This document shows, one piece after another, positions 32,195 through 40,210 of a DNA stretch of 40,210 nt. Source of the stretch: Octopus bimaculoides (taxonomy: Eukaryota); contig NC_068994.1 of NCBI RefSeq assembly GCF_001194135.2, forward strand, positions 14,042,764 through 14,082,973, read 5' to 3'. Both the position numbers and the translations under genes were made by a program. The notes beneath the pieces were generated by a model. That model searched no databases, was not told where the DNA came from, and was given only the letters and a program-made list of their open reading frames with translations. Numbering within the stretch: the first letter of the stretch is position 1; each line of letters starts with the position of its first letter.

Positions 32195-32450
32195 ATATAT
32201 TTTGTGTGTGGGTGTGTGTGTGTGTGTGTGTGTGTGTATGTTTGTGTGTCTGTGTTTGTTCCCCCAATATCGCTTGAGAACCGATGCTGGTGTGTTTACG
32301 TCCCCGTAACTTAGGGGTTCGGCAAAAGAGACCGATAGAATAAGTACTAGGCTTACAAAGAATAAGTCCTGGGGTCGATTTGCTCGACTAAAGGCGGTGC
32401 TCCAGCATGGCCGCAGTCAAATGACTGAAACAAGTAAGAGTAAAAGAGTA
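32195..32450 (+). mobile_element. Family A SINE 3' half (5' part in gap)
   Basis: (TG)n then GTTTGTTCCCCCAATATCGC...GAAACAAGTAAGAGTAAAAGAG. Confidence 0.9.
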
Positions 32451-33015
32451 CTCCCTCGTACAATAAATAGGCTATATTTTTGCAATACACAGAATATTTT
32501 AACAATTTTTTTAATACAGTTTCTAATGATATCTAAATATAAAAATAGAATAGGTTTGTTTAAACATCGAAATGGCTATAAGACATCCACCTGACGGAAA
32601 TAGGAATCAAAGGGATCAATAGGTAAAAAAATGGTTGAGAACCAATGAGCAGACCAACACCGACTTTCAAGACATGAGCAGGGAGAAGATTTCAGAGCGT
32701 TAGAGTAGGGCTGAGGAGAATAGACAGTATTTGTATACGCGCGTATACATTCCTCCATTCCTCACCCTCTCTTACTATACTATATATCTCTCTCTCCACC
32801 CCTACACACTCAATAAAACTATATAAAGAGACGGCATCCGCAAGGTGAAATAAAAAATTTGAAAATCCTACAAGATTAGGTGAAAAGCACTTTATATGAT
32901 TTATAAAACATGTGACATGTTAATAAAAATCTGTAAATGTACAACCATCCAAATTTCTGAGTGCCTTAATTTTTTTCTATAATATAATTTCTGTACATCA
33001 CCTTCAAACCTTCCA

Positions 33016-33016
<1 letters not shown>

Positions 33017-33077
<61 letters not shown>
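33017..33077. repeat. (TATC)n tetranucleotide microsatellite
   Basis: Direct reading. Confidence 0.95.
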
Positions 33078-33462
33078 ATGTGTGTGTGCATGTGTATGTA
33101 TTTGTGTTTTTACTTATTCAGGAATATAAATGTCAGTGTGACTTACCCGAAGTCACCTTCTACTGACTATTTTAAAAGAAACACAAGCAAATATCTGCTA
33201 TTATTCTATTCAGGAACTACTATTGTATAAAACACGATATTTTTTTCATGAAATAATATACATTCTATTTTTCTTCCCTTTTTTTATCGAATGTTTACTG
33301 TCCTTTCCTTCTTTGTGGAATGTTTACTCTATTTACGTAATTTTGTTTTGACCTGTCTCAACTTATATTCAAAACTTTATACGGGTATATATGTGTATAT
33401 GTATCTGTGTGAGTGTGTGTATGAGCACACGAATGTATGTGCACACACACTTACATGTGTAT

Positions 33463-33608
33463 ACTCTTTTACTCTTTTACTTGTTTCAGTCATTTGACTG
33501 TGGCCATGCTGGAGCACTGCCTTTAGTCGAGCAAATCGACCCCGTGACTTATTCTTTGTATGCCTAGTACTTATTCTATCGGTCTCTTTTGCCGAACCGC
33601 TTGGTTAC
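33463..33608 (-). mobile_element. Family A SINE 3' tail
   Basis: TACTCTTTTACTCTTTTACTTGTTTCAGTC...GCCGAACCGC. Confidence 0.9.
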
Positions 33609-34465
33609 NNNNNNNNNNNNNNNNNNNNNNNNNNNNNNNNNNNNNNNNNNNNNNNNNNNNNNNNNNNNNNNNNNNNNNNNNNNNNNNNNNNNNNNNNNNN
33701 NNNNNNNNNNNNNNNNNNNNNNNNNNNNNNNNNNNNNNNNNNNNNNNNNNNNNNNNNNNNNNNNNNNNNNNNNNNNNNNNNNNNNNNNNNNNNNNNNNNN
33801 NNNNNNNNNNNNNNNNNNNNNNNNNNNNNNNNNNNNNNNNNNNNNNNNNNNNNNNNNNNNNNNNNNNNNNNNNNNNNNNNNNNNNNNNNNNNNNNNNNNN
33901 NNNNNNNNNNNNNNNNNNNNNNNNNNNNNNNNNNNNNNNNNNNNNNNNNNNNNNNNNNNNNNNNNNNNNNNNNNNNNNNNNNNNNNNNNNNNNNNNNNNN
34001 NNNNNNNNNNNNNNNNNNNNNNNNNNNNNNNNNNNNNNNNNNNNNNNNNNNNNNNNNNNNNNNNNNNNNNNNNNNNNNNNNNNNNNNNNNNNNNNNNNNN
34101 NNNNNNNNNNNNNNNNNNNNNNNNNNNNNNNNNNNNNNNNNNNNNNNNNNNNNNNNNNNNNNNNNNNNNNNNNNNNNNNNNNNNNNNNNNNNNNNNNNNN
34201 NNNNNNNNNNNNNNNNNNNNNNNNNNNNNNNNNNNNNNNNNNNNNNNNNNNNNNNNNNNNNNNNNNNNNNNNNNNNNNNNNNNNNNNNNNNNNNNNNNNN
34301 NNNNNNNNNNNNNNNNNNNNNNNNNNNNNNNNNNNNNNNNNNNNNNNNNNNNNNNNNNNNNNNNNNNNNNNNNNNNNNNNNNNNNNNNNNNNNNNNNNNN
34401 NNNNNNNNNNNNNNNNNNNNNNNNNNNNNNNNNNNNNNNNNNNNNNNNNNNNNNNNNNNNNNNNN

Positions 34466-34700
34466 GTATATATATGTATGTGTGTGTATATGTTTGTATG
34501 TCTGTGTTTGTCCCACCAACATCGCTTGACAACCGATGCTGTTGTGTTTACGTCCCTGTAACTTAGCGGTTCGGCAAAAGAAGACGACAGAGTAAGTGCT
34601 AGGCTTACAAAAGAATAAGTCCTGGGGTCGATTTGCTCGACTAAAGCCGGCGCTCCAGCATGGCCGCAGTCAAATGTCTGAAAGAAGCAAAAGAACGAAA
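34466..34700 (+). mobile_element. Family A SINE 3' half
   Basis: Homologous to 32195-32450. Confidence 0.9.
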
Positions 34701-34714
34701 GAATATGCACATAC

Positions 34715-34838
34715 ATACACTTGTTTCATTAACTCCGAAAAGATGAAAGGCAAAGTCGATTTTTAAACTCTGAACGTAATGACGGACGAAATGCTACAAA
34801 GTATTTTGTCCGGCGTACTAGTGATTCTGCCAGGTCAC
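34715..34838 (-). mobile_element. Family F SINE head fragment
   Basis: CCGAAAAGATGAAAGGCAAAGTCGA...CTCTGAACGTAA...GATTCTGCCAGGTC. Confidence 0.7.
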
Positions 34839-34847
34839 CACCTTAGC

Positions 34848-35067
34848 ACTCTTTACTCTTTACTCTTTTACTTGTTTCAGTCATTTGACTGCGGCCATGC
34901 TGGAGCACCGCCTTTAGTCGAGAAAATCGACCCCAGGACTTATNNNNNNNNNNTTGGTCGGCCCGAGGCTATAGTAGAAGACACTTGCCCAAGGTGCCAC
35001 GCAGTGGGAATGAACCCGGAACCATGCGGTTGGTAAGCAAGCTACTTACCATCACAGCCACTCCTGC
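34848..35067 (-). mobile_element. Family A SINE, collapsed across a small gap
   Basis: Tail at 34848-34943 and head at 34954-35067 ending CAGCCACTCCTGCG. Confidence 0.85.
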
Positions 35068-35222
35068 GTGTGTTAGAATGCTCAAGACTAAAATTCTCTC
35101 TGATTCCTGTTTATTGCAGTAAGTGCTGGTGATGCAAAAGTAATGAACGAACTAAGCATAATACAGTACAACGCTGCAAGCTATTATAGATATGTGGTAA
35201 GTAGCTCTTGAAATTTAATACA

Positions 35223-35300
35223 CAGTAAACCCTTGTTTTATACGGTAGAATGGTTGTGCGAACCACCGTGGAAAATCGAATTCGTGTAAATCGAGGAAGG
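35223..35300. mobile_element. pogo/Tigger-like left-end remnant
   Basis: CAGTAAACCCTTGTTTTATACGG...CCGTGGAAAATCGAATTCGTGTAAATCGAGG resembles CAGTA-type TIRs. Confidence 0.4.
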
Positions 35301-36189
35301 TTCTGCGGTGGATTTACTCCACAACCTATTAAAGATTGATAGTCCCAGAAGAACTGTTGAAAATGACGAGACATTCTATCCTTGCTATATTTTTGAGGTG
35401 AAAATATTATGAAGATAGAATGTTACCTGAACAGTGAGATTTCGAAGAAAAAAATTAATTAATTAAGGTTTCATAAAGTTTTCATTTTCTTATCGCTGAT
35501 TTGCTAATGCTGTTTCCATAGAAACAGACAATCAGACAATTGCAACTTCCAGTATGACTGCAATGGAGGTTTCTGATTGTCTGAAATTACATAAATTTAC
35601 AGGTTTGTAAACGATTTATTGTTAATTTCTAGAGAAAATATATGTAATTTTCATCATGGGCATCCAAAACTATATCAACGTATACTTTATCGGAAAAGTA
35701 CCTTCGAAGTATTCATGTCAAAAATGTGAAATGACTTTCTTTTCAACCTAATATATTACTGGGATCCATTCAATCTATTACACTTACTCCCCCTGTTAGA
35801 TTATTAAAAAAAATATTCTTTTACAAGATATATTTTTCTTAATATAACTTCTTTTTTTTTTACCTTTTTCTTTTGTATTCAAGTCACAATATTTTCACTC
35901 GAAAAATTTATTTGGATTCAAGAAATTCTTTATGAAACTGTCTGATTTAAAGTCTGAAAATGCAATGGATATATTTCAATATATCAGTGGTCGTACCGAT
36001 GCACTGCCAAAACTGCAAGTGAGTATAAATACGATTAATTTTCTCTTTATAGATATTGAATGTAAGCCAAATCATAGGCAGTTATGACCAAGAACAATTG
36101 TGACGTCTGACTGTTCTGAAAAGGTTTGTCGTTTGGAATCCATCCTTATCTAATCATTTCACCCATTCCTCACCCTGCACTTTGTGATA

Positions 36190-36364
36190 TTTGTATCGGT
36201 TCTTTATGTTTTAATTTCAAATCACTCCGAGGTCGACTTTGCTTTTCATCCTTTTCGGATCGATAAAAATAAGTACCTCTTGAACCCTGGGGTGGATGTA
36301 ATCGACTGGTTCCTCCCCACTGCCATTAAATTTCAGGTCTTGTGCCTGCAGTAGAAAGAATTAT
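36190..36364 (+). mobile_element. Family F SINE, diverged
   Basis: CCGAGGTCGACTTTGCTTTTCATCCTTTTCGGATCGATAAAAATAAGTACC...CTTGTGCCTGCAGTAGAAAGAAT. Confidence 0.75.
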
Positions 36365-36533
36365 AATTAATTCAGAGAGCTAAGCGAATTGTTAATGTGT
36401 TGATAAATGCCTTGCAGTATTTTTTCTTCACATTTTTTTTTACCTTTTGAGTTTAAATATTGCCGAGGGCGATCTTGTCTTTCATTTGTTTTTGGAGTTG
36501 ATAAAATAAAGTACAAGTCAAGTACTGAGGTTA

Positions 36534-36791
36534 TTGTTGTTGTTGTTGTTGGTACTCCGTCGCTTACGACGTCGAGGGTGTTCCAGTTGATCCGATCAAC
36601 GGAACAGCCTGCTCGTGAAATTAACGTGCAAGTGGCTGAGCACTCCACAGACATGTGTACCCTTAACGTAGTTCTCGGGGGATATTCAGCATGACACTGT
36701 GACAAGGCTGACCCTTTGAATTACAGGCACAACAGAAACAGGAAGTAAGAGTGAGAGAAAGTTGTGGTGGGAGAGTACAGCAGGGTTCGCC
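36534..36791 (-). mobile_element. Family C SINE 3' part (head in gap)
   Basis: (TTG)n GGTACTCCGTCGCTTACGACGTCGAGGG... matches 22042-22282. Confidence 0.9.
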
Positions 36792-37714
36792 NNNNNNNNN
36801 NNNNNNNNNNNNNNNNNNNNNNNNNNNNNNNNNNNNNNNNNNNNNNNNNNNNNNNNNNNNNNNNNNNNNNNNNNNNNNNNNNNNNNNNNNNNNNNNNNNN
36901 NNNNNNNNNNNNNNNNNNNNNNNNNNNNNNNNNNNNNNNNNNNNNNNNNNNNNNNNNNNNNNNNNNNNNNNNNNNNNNNNNNNNNNNNNNNNNNNNNNNN
37001 NNNNNNNNNNNNNNNNNNNNNNNNNNNNNNNNNNNNNNNNNNNNNNNNNNNNNNNNNNNNNNNNNNNNNNNNNNNNNNNNNNNNNNNNNNNNNNNNNNNN
37101 NNNNNNNNNNNNNNNNNNNNNNNNNNNNNNNNNNNNNNNNNNNNNNNNNNNNNNNNNNNNNNNNNNNNNNNNNNNNNNNNNNNNNNNNNNNNNNNNNNNN
37201 NNNNNNNNNNNNNNNNNNNNNNNNNNNNNNNNNNNNNNNNNNNNNNNNNNNNNNNNNNNNNNNNNNNNNNNNNNNNNNNNNNNNNNNNNNNNNNNNNNNN
37301 NNNNNNNNNNNNNNNNNNNNNNNNNNNNNNNNNNNNNNNNNNNNNNNNNNNNNNNNNNNNNNNNNNNNNNNNNNNNNNNNNNNNNNNNNNNNNNNNNNNN
37401 NNNNNNNNNNNNNNNNNNNNNNNNNNNNNNNNNNNNNNNNNNNNNNNNNNNNNNNNNNNNNNNNNNNNNNNNNNNNNNNNNNNNNNNNNNNNNNNNNNNN
37501 NNNNNNNNNNNNNNNNNNNNNNNNNNNNNNNNNNNNNNNNNNNNNNNNNNNAAGAATCGAAGGATAACTCGGTGTCTCGATGTGCTACTCACTAGTGAAG
37601 TAGCCCATGTGATATACTTCTTTCCCTTTCAACCCAAGCGAAATTATCAGATGTTAATGGACACAAAGAAATGAACAAAGCCGTCAAAATGAGAACGATC
37701 AATTACTTATTTAA

Positions 37715-37931
37715 CCATTTAGCATTTAAACCGGCCATGTCCGGCCCAAATATGCTATCTGTTTTATGTTCAAACTGGCTAGATCCAGCCTATCATACCT
37801 TTCAACGCTATTATAAAATATACAATCACATCATCAAAATTTTGAAGCTATGGGATATTGCATGATGTATGAAAAACCAATATGAATGAAAAAGCATTAC
37901 ACTGTGACGGGATAATCTGAATGCTAAAGGG
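37715..37931 (+). mobile_element. piggyBac-like (TTAA) MITE
   Basis: TTAA|CCATTTAGCATTTA ... TGAATGCTAAAGGG|ACAA gives imperfect TIRs. Left TTAA is intact and the right one is mutated. Confidence 0.65.
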
Positions 37932-39080
37932 ACAAGTCTTTCGCTCCTTATGGAGTGTAGACCACCGATGACTTTTCCTGCAATGTTCTTGACACTGGGT
38001 TGTCTTTTCTGCTTCTCTCCTGTTGGATCCCTATTTTTTCGGCTCACTCTGGAGTATCCCACCTCCAGCTATTTTCAGGGTGTCCTCTTTCTCAATTAAC
38101 TCGTAGGTTTCAAGTCAGGGTCTGATGTGTAATGTAAGATGTTGGTTTCCTTAATCTATGGCCTGTCCTTCTCCATTTGCACTCCAGGATTTGTTATTTT
38201 ACTGGCACTTGTCCCCTCCATTCTGCTACAGCTCATGGCAACGTCTTGTTGCTTCTTGTAATTTTGATGTTTTTCCTAATAGCCAGAAAAAGATTCGGCC
38301 TTACAGCTTCCTTTCCGATTTTACTGCGCCGGGTCAAGTTTCCCCGAGAGAAGGCCTTTCTCTCCCAGGTCTTGTTGGTTTTGAATTGCCATGGATGCTT
38401 CCAATAACGTTGCTTTTCTCTAAGGATATTGGCCCTATGCAAACCCATTTTTACCGATCCACATGCAGCTTAAACATCATGCGGATCACTCAAAAATTTT
38501 TTGTAAAATTTCGGCTTGTTGGAGCATTCTAAGAGGTGTTACAGTTGTCAAGAATTAGACTGTCAGTTAAATACATTTTGAAATCTGATGATTACTACGA
38601 ACGTATGAAAGCGCTAATTGAAACTTATGCACATTAAAAAACATTTTTTTGAATGTTAAAATTCCATAATAAAACGTGAAAACCAGACCATGTTTTAACT
38701 TTATGCAACTGATACATATATATANNNNNNNNNNNNNNNNNNNNNNNNNNNNNNNNNNNNNNNNNNNNNNNNNNNNNNNNNNNNNNNNNNNNNNNNNNNN
38801 NNNNNNNNNNNNNNNNNNNNNNNNNNNNNNNNNNNNNNNNNNNNNNNNNNNNNNNNNNNNNNNNNNNNNNNNNNNNNNNNNNNNNNNNNNNNNNNNNNNN
38901 NNNNNNNNNNNNNNNNNNNNNNNNNNNNNNNNNNNNNNNNNNNNNNNNNNNNNNNNNNNNNNNNNNNNNNNNNNNNNNNNNNNNNNNNNNNNNNNNNNNN
39001 NNNNNNNNNNNNNNNNNNNNNNNNNNNNNNNNNNNNNNNNNNNNNNNNNNNNNNNNNNNNNNNNNNNNNNNNNNNNNNNN

Positions 39081-39123
<43 letters not shown>

Positions 39124-39659
39124 CATGTATACACAAACATAGGGTAATTAAGCATCAAAAAGGATAACACAGGAACAAGGTATTAACTTGATGCTTTAAT
39201 GGGAGGATAAAGTGCCATTACGTTTTGGACGTTAGTCCATCATCATGAAAAAGAAGAGAGAGACTGAGAGAAGAAAAGGTGTGAAAACACAAATAGAAAA
39301 TAAAAATTTATGTATGTGTATGTACGTATGTATGCACGTATGTATATAAATACATGTGCGTATGTATGCATAATTATATATTCTACTTCTCTTTCTTTAG
39401 TACGACCCTAAAAAAAAGTTGATGGAAACTTTTAAGGAGGCGTTGAAGGCTGAAACATGGAACCGCAATAATATTAGTGATTCCATCCAAAAGGTTACGG
39501 ATATCCCAGTAAGTATTCCACTATTTAGTGTAATGGCATTTTTTGTTGTTATTGATGTTGATTAGAGTTTATTGCCACCCCTGACAGTCAAGCCTTGACC
39601 ATCCCGTTTTACCAGCTAAAAAAAAAAAAGAAAGAATTAAATTTTGGTTAAGTTAAATG

Positions 39660-39868
39660 GTTTCAAACTTTGACACAAGGCCAGCAATTTCGGGTGGAGG
39701 GTATATGTCGATTACATCGACCTCACTGTTCAACTGTTGCTTTTTTTTTATCAACACCGAAAGGATGAAAAGTAAAGTCGACCTCAGCAGAATTTGAACT
39801 CAGAAAGGGGGGACTGGCAAAATACAGTTAAGCATTTTGTCTGGCGTGCTAAAGATTCTGCCATCTCG
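39660..39868 (-). mobile_element. Family F SINE
   Basis: CCGAAAGGATGAAAAGTAAAGTCGACCTCAGCAGAATTTGAACTCAG...GATTCTGCCATCTC. Confidence 0.75.
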
Positions 39869-40210
39869 GTGTCTCGTTTTCACTAAATAGATTATGGTCT
39901 CAAAAGGTGGGATCATCACTGGTGGAATGGCTTTCATTATATCATCTTTCTCTCTCTCTGCATCTCTCACACACATGCATACAGAGATATGTGTGTGTGT
40001 GTATATATATATACACACACACACGCCAGTGTTTTAATGGTGGCAGCTGATGAAGGAGATGTTTCTATGTGGCTTGCTTGTTTGTTGTACCTGTTTATCA
40101 TTTTGTCCATGTTCTTTTGTCACGTCATGTACCCAGTTATGTATGTAGATGAAGGTATGTACATACATGTACATATATATGCATATACTCATATATTGTT
40201 TATATATATA

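Noticed and set aside
3099-39170. Numerous long ORFs made of X runs and YI/TH/CV repeats
   Set aside because: These are artefacts of assembly gaps and (TA)n/(CA)n microsatellites.
40047-40080. CTGATGAAGG as another hammerhead
   Set aside because: No stem II partner or GAAA box follows within the window.

Overview
AT-rich, repeat-dense, gapped eukaryotic genomic DNA. By inference from its SINE/LINE content, microsatellites and tandem C2H2 gene, it is most likely an octopus (coleoid cephalopod) scaffold. Host genes: the last two coding exons of DDRGK1 (+; 1302-1358 and 2544-2780) and an intact, uninterrupted 11-finger C2H2 zinc-finger ORF (+; 15312-16391). Most of the rest is transposon debris: a decayed mariner, a Helitron PIF1-helicase remnant, RTE and CR1/Jockey-like LINE 3' ends, at least five tRNA-derived SINE-like families, hAT/piggyBac/pogo-type MITEs, a tRNA-like pseudogene, minisatellites and microsatellites. 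The most unusual object is a tRNA-headed element found at two loci (7201-7418 and 26044-26561) as a head-to-head palindrome. The longer copy carries a Penelope-type minimal hammerhead ribozyme (26461-26506) near its 3' end. This suggests a Pol III-driven, self-cleaving, possibly Penelope-mobilised non-autonomous retroelement. Also notable are modular head/tail swapping among SINE families at a shared junction, a MITE with a telomere-repeat core, and a templated inverted insertion inside the palindrome. Long X-rich or YI/TH-rich ORFs in the track are gap or microsatellite artefacts. SINE family letters (A, C, D, F, G) are my own labels.
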